From IMG/VR virus record IMGVR_UViG_3300012232_000048, positions 1 to 25,046 of that record: DNA of 25,046 bases; one strand, 5' to 3'. A program made the translations under genes and the position numbers. Of this stretch, positions 1-7,812 are shown piece by piece (the first letter of the stretch is position 1; the number at the start of each line of letters is the position of its first letter). The stretch is from a virus. Lineage: Duplodnaviria; Caudoviricetes. The notes under the pieces were generated by a model, which saw only the letters and a program-made list of their open reading frames with translations, searched no databases and was not told the DNA's origin.

Positions 1-2377
1 AAGTGGAGAAGTCGATAGGACTAGAGAATTCCGCCTGAATCCTTGGAACGTAGTCGAATACTTTGCGCTCCGGGCAAAGGAATAAAAGTGCGTCGTGAGA
101 CTCACCAACTACGGGACAATCCCATATTTCCTTCTGTGCCCACAACATTACCATCTTGGTCTTATCTGTTACTGTCTGTTGAGGAATCCTTGAATAGGCA
201 GCTTTGAAAAGGTCGTCGCCCCATTCCTCATACAAATAGAAGGATGCGCCGTATGTTCCATGTAATCGTCTATTCTGTTGAATACAGTCTCTAATTCCCT
301 TTTGGAATACGGTCTGAATCTTAGGCGTCATCGCCTCTAATGCTTTAAGAATTTCCCCGGCTTTCCACTCCGAGATATTCAGTGGAATCTTATACTTTCG
401 CGCGTCGGTATTCATGTTAATCATCAACGCGCGTTTCTTAATCCCGAGATGGTATGCGTGGCGCGCCGTTTTCCCACAAAATCTCTCAGGCTTCTCATAC
501 CCTATTACCTTTTTCGAGTAATCTTCTTCTTTCCCACCGAATACTTTCGACGCCGTGAGTGCGTGGATATCGTTAGTATCGTAGAGTCTAAGCGTTTCTT
601 CATCGTCTGCAAGTAATGAGCATACTCTTGCTTCTGCTTGGGATTGATCAATGTTAATAAATACATAACCATCATCAGCAACAAGAATACTTCTGAGGTC
701 GTTGCCTGTATCTCCGTGCTTGGTAACGGTTTGTAAGGCCCACCCGATTTCCTTATTCCTGAGTGGAGATTTAACAACTTGTGTTGAAGTTCTAAAAGAT
801 TCTGTTCCAGTAATGAAATAGCTTGTGCGCATTCTTCCGTCATAGTCATTTTCTGCTGCAAGGTATGTCCCCAATGTTTTGTCAACTTTACGATGCTCTA
901 GGATAATGTCTAGCGCGCGAAGTTTACCCTTATCCTTAACTGTGTTAGCCATTAGCGCGGTCAGAATTTCCTCTCCAGTTCCGGCTCGCTTCGCTATTCC
1001 CATATCCTCATACAATAGCTTAGCGATTCTAACCGGACTTGCAATATTTATCAAATCCTCAGTGTAATTCAACGTAATCGACCTGAATTCTTTTTCCAGT
1101 TCGACCAGTCTCTTGACGTATTTCTCGATAAGCTGTTGACGTTTAACGTCGTCCGTTTTAAATCCAATAGACTCAACCCGATGATAAGCCTTGTGAAGTT
1201 TGGACCGGAAGTTTATGACTGCCTCAAGCGAGTGAGGAATCTGGGCGAGTTCCTCCAAATGTGCCAGAAAAATCTCAAGAGTGCAAGCTGCATCCTTACA
1301 GTTATAAAGAAGTAAATCTCTGATATTATCCTTTCCGGGCGAGTAGTCCCTTCCCTCGTCTTTATAATACGGTTCTCTGGTGTAAATACTGGTTTGGAAT
1401 CCGAGGGATTTGGGGAGTTCGGAACTGATGGACTGCCCTGAGATAAGGGTATCCATGTAAAGGCTATGGAAGTAGAAGCCCAAACGGTTAAGTTTATCTT
1501 CGTCATATTTGAAGTTCTGTCCGATGAACTTAATCGAACGGTCGAGGAAGAATCGGGAAAGAATCTGCCAGATGAAGGCTAAATCGGAGTCCGGAATTGT
1601 GCTAACCTGTAGAGTGTAGCCGTAGTCCTTCTTAGGTTTATTTGAAAACTCAGCAGAGATGTTAAGCGTATTCCAGAGTGGAATCGAAATGGCTTCTGAG
1701 GGATGGAATGAGAGTCCGATGCAGACGGGTATGTGTTCGATTGATTCAATATCGACTGCACAATATTCTCGTCCTTTATTTCTGTCCAGATACTTGAGCA
1801 GAGACGAAGAATCTGAAGCGATGTGGAGAAATCTATTAGGAAGGTCGAAGCCTGTAGTTTCACTCTCAGTGACGGCTCTCTTAACATCAAACTTTCTGAC
1901 ATACTTTTGCCACGCCCTAAAGGTTCCTTCGCCACTGCCATGTAATTCTGCTGCTGGATGCCACGTAAAGACGGATTTCCATCTTCCTAACGATGGGATT
2001 ATCGATCCCCTCCATTCACTTATTCCGTTCTTCTTTCCCCGTTTGCCGGTTAAAGCATAGAGGACGGGATCACCTAATCCTAGTATGCAATTAGGGTTTA
2101 TCGCTTCAATCTCCTCTTGTAATTCCTCAAGAGCAGGTTCAAGGGATAAGCCCATTTCTTGGTAGCGGGCGAATTCATTGTTCGGAAGTTGATATTTAAA
2201 AACATTCGTCCGATAGCAAGATTCGATGCTGATTCCTGCATCCCTCAAATCTTCCTTGAGAAGATGACCGGAGGGGCCAACAAAAGGTTTACCTACGATA
2301 ACTTCTTCCGCACCCGGCGCGATTCCGCATATCAATAGGTCTGGAGAATTCGGGCCGTAGCCCTCTACTTTTTTCAT
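1..2377 (-). CDS. polA: Family A DNA polymerase with N-terminal uracil-DNA glycosylase (family 4-like) domain and 3'-5' exonuclease; C-terminus runs off the left edge
   Basis: Manual translation from ATG at 2377 (SD GAGGGAGG): MKKVEGYGPNSPDLLICGIAPGAEE...GKPFVGPSG...TNVFKY...WHPAA (UDG motifs); ExoI AVDIES, ExoII GQNFKYD, ExoIII YNCKDA; Pol motif A DQSQAEAR, motif B RFCGKTARHAYHLG, motif C GESHDA. Absent from the ORF track, consistent with no stop codon in the window. Confidence 0.95.
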   Translation of the reverse strand, partial: MKKVEGYGPNSPDLLICGIAPGAEEVIVGKPFVGPSGHLLKEDLRDAGISIESCYRTNVFKYQLPNNEFARYQEMGLSLEPALEELQEEIEAINPNCILGLGDPVLYALTGKRGKKNGISEWRGSIIPSLGRWKSVFTWHPAAELHGSGEGTFRAWQKYVRKFDVKRAVTESETTGFDLPNRFLHIASDSSSLLKYLDRNKGREYCAVDIESIEHIPVCIGLSFHPSEAISIPLWNTLNISAEFSNKPKKDYGYTLQVSTIPDSDLAFIWQILSRFFLDRSIKFIGQNFKYDEDKLNRLGFYFHSLYMDTLISGQSISSELPKSLGFQTSIYTREPYYKDEGRDYSPGKDNIRDLLLYNCKDAACTLEIFLAHLEELAQIPHSLEAVINFRSKLHKAYHRVESIGFKTDDVKRQQLIEKYVKRLVELEKEFRSITLNYTEDLINIASPVRIAKLLYEDMGIAKRAGTGEEILTALMANTVKDKGKLRALDIILEHRKVDKTLGTYLAAENDYDGRMRTSYFITGTESFRTSTQVVKSPLRNKEIGWALQTVTKHGDTGNDLRSILVADDGYVFINIDQSQAEARVCSLLADDEETLRLYDTNDIHALTASKVFGGKEEDYSKKVIGYEKPERFCGKTARHAYHLGIKKRALMINMNTDARKYKIPLNISEWKAGEILKALEAMTPKIQTVFQKGIRDCIQQNRRLHGTYGASFYLYEEWGDDLFKAAYSRIPQQTVTDKTKMVMLWAQKEIWDCPVVGESHDALLFLCPERKVFDYVPRIQAEFSSPIDFST

Positions 2378-2391
2378 TTCCTCCCTCTCAG

Positions 2392-2444
2392 AAAATGGGA
2401 AGGGAACGCCACTAACCGTAAACGGTGCAGCTAATTCCCTTCCC
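2392..2444 (-). terminator. Hairpin with short U tract just upstream of the polymerase RBS (terminator or attenuator)
   Basis: 10-bp stem GGGAAGGGAA/TTCCCTTCCC (2397-2406 and 2435-2444) with inner ACCG-TTTA-CGGT, followed by AUUUUCU on the minus strand. Confidence 0.5.
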
Positions 2445-2604
2445 TAATCCTACCTCACATCATAGTGCCAATGTATGCTCGTGCCTTTATATTCTCTGGA
2501 TGCATCTAACGCGGCAAAGAATATCTACAAGGCGGCTCGTTATTCTAGCGTCACCCGGATTGACTAACAGCATAAGTCACTGGCGATAATGTTTGGTAGG
2601 ATTA
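2445..2604 (-). ncRNA. Putative structured non-coding RNA (rod-like, 160 nt), family unknown
   Basis: Nested helices on the minus strand: UAAUCCUACC/GGUAGGAUUA, ACAUUAU/AUGAUGU, GCCAGUG/CAUUGGC, UAUGCU/AGCAUA, GCCUU/AAGGC, AUAUUCUUUG/CAGAGAAUAU, GCGU/AUGC. Four G-U pairs would be A-C mismatches on the plus strand. Confidence 0.65.
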
Positions 2605-2610
2605 AACTCG

Positions 2611-2856
2611 TTAGTTGCCTTCAGGAGTCTCGACTACAGAATCCGGGTCGTTGAACACTACTGCTTTGATTGCCCACATCGCAGTCTGTTCATTGTTGGT
2701 GAGCGCAATAGACTGTTGACGGGTAGGACGTCCGTCGAAGTCAACGCAGAGTTCACGGATTAATCTCTCGCCCTCAGAGAAGTGTTCACGAAGCTTGTTA
2801 ATCTTGTCCAACCCTTTAGGACTTGGCTTGTGATACGCGTAAGGTTTATCTATCAT
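2611..2856 (-). CDS. Acb2/Tad1-like helical-hairpin protein (putative cyclic-nucleotide sponge, anti-defence)
   Basis: 81 aa; YAYHKP...INKLRE...RQQSIALTNNEQTAMWAIKAV resembles the R-x-x-S/A-x-A-x-T-x-x-E/Q-x-A-x-M-W helix of the Acb2/Tad1 domain family. Confidence 0.65.
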   Translation of the reverse strand: MIDKPYAYHKPSPKGLDKINKLREHFSEGERLIRELCVDFDGRPTRQQSIALTNNEQTAMWAIKAVVFNDPDSVVETPEGN

Positions 2857-3085
2857 TTTTCTTTTCCTCAGCTTTTATCCTATCGTATTCGTTAGGCGGG
2901 GTCAACTTACCCTTCTGGTCGTATCTCTTAATTCCCTTTGACTTAAACCTTTTGGACTCGTTAGCCCTTATTGCTGCCACTCTTGCCTGCTCAGGGGTAA
3001 ACTTTCTAAATGTGCCGTTCTCGCGCGTTGCCACCCCGCCCCGGCTACCAATTTCCTTCGCGTTTTCCTTTGTGAACGGCATCAT
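2846..3085 (-). CDS. KGG-motif (YciG/GsiB-like stress-induced) small basic protein
   Basis: AKEIGSRGG...FTPEQARVAA motif. Start moved from 3163 to the ATG at 3085 (or 3082) because AAGGAAGG lies just upstream. Confidence 0.55.
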   Translation of the reverse strand: MMPFTKENAKEIGSRGGVATRENGTFRKFTPEQARVAAIRANESKRFKSKGIKRYDQKGKLTPPNEYDRIKAEEKKNDR

Positions 3086-3241
3086 CTTTTCCTTCCTTAA
3101 AAAGTCGCTCGTTGGGGCCAAGAGTATCCCAACTTTTAACTCAACCGTCCTAGCGCGCCCCATTTTTTAAGATGGGTAGGAGAGAAGAAAGTATGGCAGA
3201 CCTCGTAACTACATACAAGATCGAGCGAGCACACTAACTAA

Positions 3242-3658
3242 TTACAGTGGGAGAAAATCCACCGCTTCGTTGGAAGTCCGTCCCTCATACGTTGACGGCT
3301 GAATCTTAGCCTTCATCTGTTTCCCAACAGGGGCGTTCTCGTCGATAGGCAGGGCCGGTGCCTTTCTATCCTTCTTCAAAGCCTCAACTGCTGCCTTAAC
3401 ATCAGGGTCGATAGCAGCAAAGAAAGCTACGCCAGAAGCAAACAGTCCCTTTTCATTGATAAGGAACTGCTTAACGGGAACATCAGCGAATTCATCGCTG
3501 CCCTTCACGTCACCAAGAACGCGAAGCTTGTAGTTGTAGTTGGTGCTACCATCCGTCTTGGCAGGAGCAGTAGTCATTGAGTCAACCTCAATAATATACC
3601 AACCTGCGGGGAGGATGATGGAACCACGAGCATCGCGCGACGTAATGTTGATAGCCAT
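3242..3658 (-). CDS. DUF669-like phage single-stranded DNA-binding protein
   Basis: 138 aa; LPAGWYIIEVDS N-terminus and VGKQMKAKI...YEGRTSNE C-terminus; located near an AAA_24 ATPase, as is typical for this family. Confidence 0.7.
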   Translation of the reverse strand: MAINITSRDARGSIILPAGWYIIEVDSMTTAPAKTDGSTNYNYKLRVLGDVKGSDEFADVPVKQFLINEKGLFASGVAFFAAIDPDVKAAVEALKKDRKAPALPIDENAPVGKQMKAKIQPSTYEGRTSNEAVDFLPL

Positions 3659-3730
3659 TTTGTTTTTTCTCTCTTTTCTGTTTTTCGTTCGTTGGTTCGT
3701 TTGTTCATCTCCGTAGTCACATTCTACGGG

Positions 3731-4045
3731 CTACCGCATTTCAATTTCTTTCATCCCTACAACATCCTTGGACTTCAGTTTCAATCCCTTCTTCTTATAC
3801 TGTCGCCGGTGCCATTCCATTTTCAGAACGGATAGCCAAGCGATACGTAAAGAATCAGGGGCTGACCACTTAACATATCCCATGTCCATTAAGACTAGGG
3901 CGATGTTTCTCAAGTGGGTGTCGTCCAATTCTGTCACCGGGATAAAGTTGTAGTCTGCATCGCGCCATAGAATCCTGTCTAACTTCTTGTAATTCTCTGG
4001 CAATTCAACAACGGTAAATTCGGCATCAATAAATTCTGAACTCAT
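3731..4045 (-). CDS. Hypothetical phage protein
   Basis: 104 aa ORF with SD AGGA, co-directional with neighbours; IPVTELDDTHLRNI motif. Confidence 0.7.
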   Translation of the reverse strand: MSSEFIDAEFTVVELPENYKKLDRILWRDADYNFIPVTELDDTHLRNIALVLMDMGYVKWSAPDSLRIAWLSVLKMEWHRRQYKKKGLKLKSKDVVGMKEIEMR

Positions 4046-4059
4046 CTTTTATTTCCTAA

Positions 4060-4260
4060 TCATTTACAGGGAATTCCACTTCCAATTGCTGCTCCACATC
4101 GTTTGCAGAATGAACCGTTCGCGTAGAATTCCCACTCATGTTCTAGCTTAGCCTGATAGTAGTCAGACTGCATCCAATGATACATGCACATCCAACGTTT
4201 GAACCATTCACGTTGGGATTCACCTTCTTCACGATTCTTAACGACACAATCACAGGCCAT
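4060..4260 (-). CDS. Small Cys-rich hypothetical protein
   Basis: 66 aa; CDC, CMYH, CKRCG; fills the gap between neighbours. Confidence 0.6.
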   Translation of the reverse strand: MACDCVVKNREEGESQREWFKRWMCMYHWMQSDYYQAKLEHEWEFYANGSFCKRCGAAIGSGIPCK

Positions 4261-4263
4261 AAT

Positions 4264-5040
4264 TTACTTCCTAATCTGTTTCATGAACTCGACTGAGAAG
4301 TCCTTGTTCGTCCATTCTATCGGGACGATGTTCCTACTCGTCTTTGCCTCGACGTAGGAGTCCCCTACTGGCGACATAATATAACTTACTTTCTGTTGTC
4401 CAATGATTACCCCTTCATACTTCTTCTGGAAGTAGTAAACTTCATCGAAGTATCCTGGTATACTTGCTGGACCTTTCTTTCCCTTCACCAGAGTTTCAAG
4501 GACAGTTCTAGTTGTCCCGTCCAGTTGACGGTATTCAATCGGTGTCAGGTGAGCCTCAAGGATAACATTAACTCCCTGACTTTGCAAGTTCTTGAGGAAT
4601 CCACAGAGTTCGAAGATGATGGCGGCGTCCTCAGCCGAATAATCCTCGATATCTGTTACCTGAATTCCTGCGATTGACTTCCCTTTCTGTTTCCCAGATT
4701 TAAACTTCAGAACGTGGGCTAACACAATGTGGACGTAAGACGTGAGAGTGGCGAATACAACAGTTTTGTATTCCGGCCGCGCCATGATACGGTCCATTTG
4801 CTGGTCGAGTTCTTTAAAATCCTGTCCCATCGCAAACGAGTCGTAATAAACATCTTTGCAATGTCCGTCAAGTTTACGATAGTAATTGATTACTGATGCC
4901 ATACGCTGGTCAGTATCGAATACGTAAACGGGTCTGAATTCTTTACCACAGGATGCCGTTGTTTTTCCTGAGCCTGAAGTTCCTCGGGACATAATTGATA
5001 GTCCCTTGTCATCTTTGAAGTTGTCTGCAGATTGAGGCAC
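4264..5040 (-). CDS. AAA_24 / Sak4-like P-loop ATPase (recombination or annealing)
   Basis: Walker A GTSGSGKT, YVFDTD, VILEAH, and IPGYFDEVYY. Confidence 0.85.
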   Translation of the reverse strand: MPQSADNFKDDKGLSIMSRGTSGSGKTTASCGKEFRPVYVFDTDQRMASVINYYRKLDGHCKDVYYDSFAMGQDFKELDQQMDRIMARPEYKTVVFATLTSYVHIVLAHVLKFKSGKQKGKSIAGIQVTDIEDYSAEDAAIIFELCGFLKNLQSQGVNVILEAHLTPIEYRQLDGTTRTVLETLVKGKKGPASIPGYFDEVYYFQKKYEGVIIGQQKVSYIMSPVGDSYVEAKTSRNIVPIEWTNKDFSVEFMKQIRK

Positions 5041-5420
5041 TATTTCTTTCCCCCTTCAATTACTTCTCCTTCTTCAAAGGCAGCGATTAAATCCTCAAGA
5101 TTAGAGAATTTGTGAATGTGGGCTAAGTGCATGAATACCATTGAATCCAACCAAGAACCGAGGATGAAGATGGGTATCGCTAATGCGTAAGCGAAGCCAA
5201 GTTCAAAGATGGCACCCTTGTAAACGTATTCCTCCTCAAAGATTCCAATGACGATGTTTGCATCAGCTACCCCACGAACATCGTCAGTAGCAGCCTTTCT
5301 ATCAGCAACCTTACTCTCTGTCCAGTCGAAAGTAATTTCGTGGCCTAACTGTTCGAGTTTATCCTTAACCTCGTGATACCGTTCGACGTTCGTGAACGCA
5401 GTTGCAATATAGATTTTCAC
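5040..5420 (-). CDS. Nucleoside 2-deoxyribosyltransferase / nucleotide N-glycosidase-like protein
   Basis: MKIYIA start, DDVRGVADANIVIG, and GAIFELGFAYAL with the putative catalytic Glu. Confidence 0.8.
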   Translation of the reverse strand: MKIYIATAFTNVERYHEVKDKLEQLGHEITFDWTESKVADRKAATDDVRGVADANIVIGIFEEEYVYKGAIFELGFAYALAIPIFILGSWLDSMVFMHLAHIHKFSNLEDLIAAFEEGEVIEGGKK

Positions 5421-5656
5421 GCGCTAACCTCCTTGTTGACCTTACAGTTATTGCAGTGCGGTTCAACTATTTTCAGATGCTCAAGATCGAAGGTAAAGGA
5501 ATCACCACAACGTGGGCATTCTGCAGCCTTTCCTTCGATTAAATCCGTTCGCATGTAGTGGGAACAGTTGGGCTTAGTGCATTTATACACGAGGAATTCA
5601 CCGTATCTTGCTAGGTTGACTCTCTTGTATCTGTGAACGTGACTATTCTTCTTCAT
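5417..5656 (-). CDS. Zinc-finger protein
   Basis: 79 aa; HVH, CTKPNC, CPRC, CNNC. Confidence 0.7.
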   Translation of the reverse strand: MKKNSHVHRYKRVNLARYGEFLVYKCTKPNCSHYMRTDLIEGKAAECPRCGDSFTFDLEHLKIVEPHCNNCKVNKEVSA

Positions 5657-5661
5657 AAATT

Positions 5662-6687
5662 TTATCCATTGGGCTTCGTCTCATCGAAAGACGGGTCCCA
5701 TTCCTTAATCTGAAAGTAAGTGTTCAACTTAGGCTGTCTTAACGAACGATCGATGGTGCATATTCCTCCAGAGTATTTATCGGAGAAGATGCAGGCAAAG
5801 TGTCCCTTGATACAATTCGTGTAATTCGGTGGGAAATAGTTCTCATTCATCGCAACGATCATCGCACGCGCGTAGTAGGGAATAACTTCCTGCTTGAATT
5901 CTTCGATAACATCTGCCTCAAAGGATAGTTCATCCCGTTTGAATTTCTTGTCTGCCTTAACCGTCTTTTGGAATCCGAACCGATTAACGATTAACCTATT
6001 CGAATTACAGGCTATTGCATAGAACTTGAACTGATTGCTCAACGATGAGTAGAACCAGTGTTCACTCTCAGATTTATGGTCAATGGGAGTTATACCTTCA
6101 AACTGTGGCTCGTTGATTCCAAGGTCAATTCGTCCGGTGATAATTACTCGGAGAGGGAATTCCTCATAGACGATAAGCTTGAATACTTTCTCGGTGAAAA
6201 CGACTTGGAAGATATCATTCTTCCTGAACTCGCAGTATTCTTCGAAAGTATTGATAATGTCTACGATATCCTCACCTTCCAGCCGGTCCATCGTCGGTGC
6301 TCTCTCCTTAATTGCGTTGATTCCCATCAGTTTTCTAATACTGTAGTCGATTCCTTCCTTCATCCCCTCGTAGTAAACTTGTAGTCCAACGTGAGCTAAC
6401 GTCCCTTTTTCGATTCCCTTACTGACGCCACCAATGGGAACAAGATGCTGATTGAACTTATAGTTCATCTCACGGGGGCAGGCCATGAAGGAACTAAAGA
6501 TTTGAGAATCGAACGTAAGATTTAACCACTTTGGTTTCGACTCGGCTGTGTCAGTCATTTGCTGTGCTCCTTGGATGCGACACATTCCGCATGTGCAAGC
6601 GACTGAGAGATAGGCCGCTGAGTCGTCCGCGTTTTGCATAATCACGCGGGCACACGCCTTCTTCCTGTCCGTTAAATCTTCATCCAT
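5662..6687 (-). CDS. PD-(D/E)XK (Cas4/RecB-like) exonuclease
   Basis: FMACPR, GTLAH, GRIDLG, IDHKS, QFKFY and a C-terminal Cys cluster. The true start may be the internal ATG near 6558. Confidence 0.85.
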   Translation of the reverse strand: MDEDLTDRKKACARVIMQNADDSAAYLSVACTCGMCRIQGAQQMTDTAESKPKWLNLTFDSQIFSSFMACPREMNYKFNQHLVPIGGVSKGIEKGTLAHVGLQVYYEGMKEGIDYSIRKLMGINAIKERAPTMDRLEGEDIVDIINTFEEYCEFRKNDIFQVVFTEKVFKLIVYEEFPLRVIITGRIDLGINEPQFEGITPIDHKSESEHWFYSSLSNQFKFYAIACNSNRLIVNRFGFQKTVKADKKFKRDELSFEADVIEEFKQEVIPYYARAMIVAMNENYFPPNYTNCIKGHFACIFSDKYSGGICTIDRSLRQPKLNTYFQIKEWDPSFDETKPNG

Positions 6688-6934
6688 TATCTTCGTCCTT
6701 ATGCTTAATCTCCCGCTTAACCAACATTTTCTTTTTCTGAGTCAGGTTGAGCATCTTACCGATTTCGAATATCAGGAAGGCAGGAACTTTAACCTCATCC
6801 TCAATATCGCCTTCGGCAACATTGATAATCACGATGCCATCTTCAGAAATCGAATACTTGATATCCTTATTGAATTGGATATCGTTAACTGGTGAATGCT
6901 TGTAAACTGCCTTAAGTGTGGGATCGTATGGCAT
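6680..6934 (-). CDS. Hypothetical protein
   Basis: 84 aa; start and stop overlap both neighbours. Confidence 0.7.
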   Translation of the reverse strand: MPYDPTLKAVYKHSPVNDIQFNKDIKYSISEDGIVIINVAEGDIEDEVKVPAFLIFEIGKMLNLTQKKKMLVKREIKHKDEDNG

Positions 6935-7410
6935 TATTCTTTGTCCTCGTCAGGAACCGGTTCATCTCGCACAATGGGTGGAATTACAACGACCTTTTTC
7001 TTTTTCCTCCAAGCGTATCTAATCGTGGCCCAGGTTCCGCTTCTCAAGGTATGAGAATGTTCCTTGGGCGTTGCAATTAGAACGTCGGATTGATCAACTA
7101 TCTTCTTATTCCTATCCAGCGGTTTCTCTGGCCTCTCGATAGTAACTATGCAGTCGTTCCAGTTGTAAGTTACTACCTCATGCCTAGAACTGCCGCCGAA
7201 ACAGAACGCGCGTTTGCCTCCTAAATCGGAAGGAAACAGGTGAAAGATTTTAACTCCATTTGAAATCGCTAGGAAGTTTGCCTCAGCATCGCTTCCTACG
7301 CAGTCTCCGTGAACTAATTCCGTTACGGACAACTCATTTAACATTAGGAGGAAACCTTCCTGCTGAAACTTAGTCATCCCGGCCTGACTTCCTGTGAACG
7401 AAATCCTCAT
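6934..7410 (-). CDS. SLOG superfamily (YspA/DprA-like Rossmannoid) protein
   Basis: ISFTGS, LVHGDCVGSD, RNKKIVDQSDVLIA, SGTWATIRYA. Confidence 0.85.
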   Translation of the reverse strand: MRISFTGSQAGMTKFQQEGFLLMLNELSVTELVHGDCVGSDAEANFLAISNGVKIFHLFPSDLGGKRAFCFGGSSRHEVVTYNWNDCIVTIERPEKPLDRNKKIVDQSDVLIATPKEHSHTLRSGTWATIRYAWRKKKKVVVIPPIVRDEPVPDEDKE

Positions 7411-7562
7411 CCCCTCAACTCCACAGAAAAGGTTTCATCCTCATCTGCAACAATATCAACTTCTTTAACCTTGTAGAAATTCATATCTTCGCTGTCGAAA
7501 ACGTAGACTTCAAGGTCAGGTTCACACGCTTGCAACTTCTCAATCAATTCTTTAACAGTCAT
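7407..7562 (-). CDS. Small phage protein (51 aa)
   Basis: Manual translation MTVKELIEKLQACEPDLEVYVFD...ELRG*; ATGA overlaps at both ends. Confidence 0.75.
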   Translation of the reverse strand: MTVKELIEKLQACEPDLEVYVFDSEDMNFYKVKEVDIVADEDETFSVELRG

Positions 7563-7801
7563 TTCAAGAAATCCTCGACCCTTCTCGCTAACTTAATAAC
7601 TTCCGGATGAAACTCCGGGCTGATGTAACCGATGTCGAAGAAGAATCTGTTAAGAGCTTCCACTTCAGCGCGCTCTATGAGCATCACATTTGGCTTGAAA
7701 TCATCCGAGAATTCGAGCCTATCTTCTTCCTTCTTCTCTTTCCTACAGGTTTCCAACATTACACATGCTACAATGGAGGGACAACCTATACAGGGCATCA
7801 T
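7559..7801 (-). CDS. Hypothetical protein
   Basis: 80 aa; SD AAGGA; Cys-rich N-terminus. Confidence 0.6.
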   Translation of the reverse strand: MMPCIGCPSIVACVMLETCRKEKKEEDRLEFSDDFKPNVMLIERAEVEALNRFFFDIGYISPEFHPEVIKLARRVEDFLK

Positions 7802-7812
7802 ACTTTAATCCT

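Noticed and set aside
505-2060. ORF-track entries 505-885, 879-1067, 1213-1506, 1579-1941 and 1659-2060, which could suggest a fragmented or recoded polymerase
   Set aside because: They are alternative-frame or antisense shadows. The polymerase motifs lie in one frame from 2377 to the window edge, so no stop-codon reassignment or intron is needed.
2378-2610. tRNA, tmRNA or hammerhead ribozyme in the polymerase leader
   Set aside because: I found no cloverleaf or T-loop, no tag reading frame and no CUGAUGA core, so it is kept as an unknown structured RNA.
5662-6687. Cas4 as part of a CRISPR-Cas system
   Set aside because: There are no other cas genes or array. Stand-alone Cas4-like nucleases next to Sak4-like ATPase and SSB genes are ordinary phage recombination genes.
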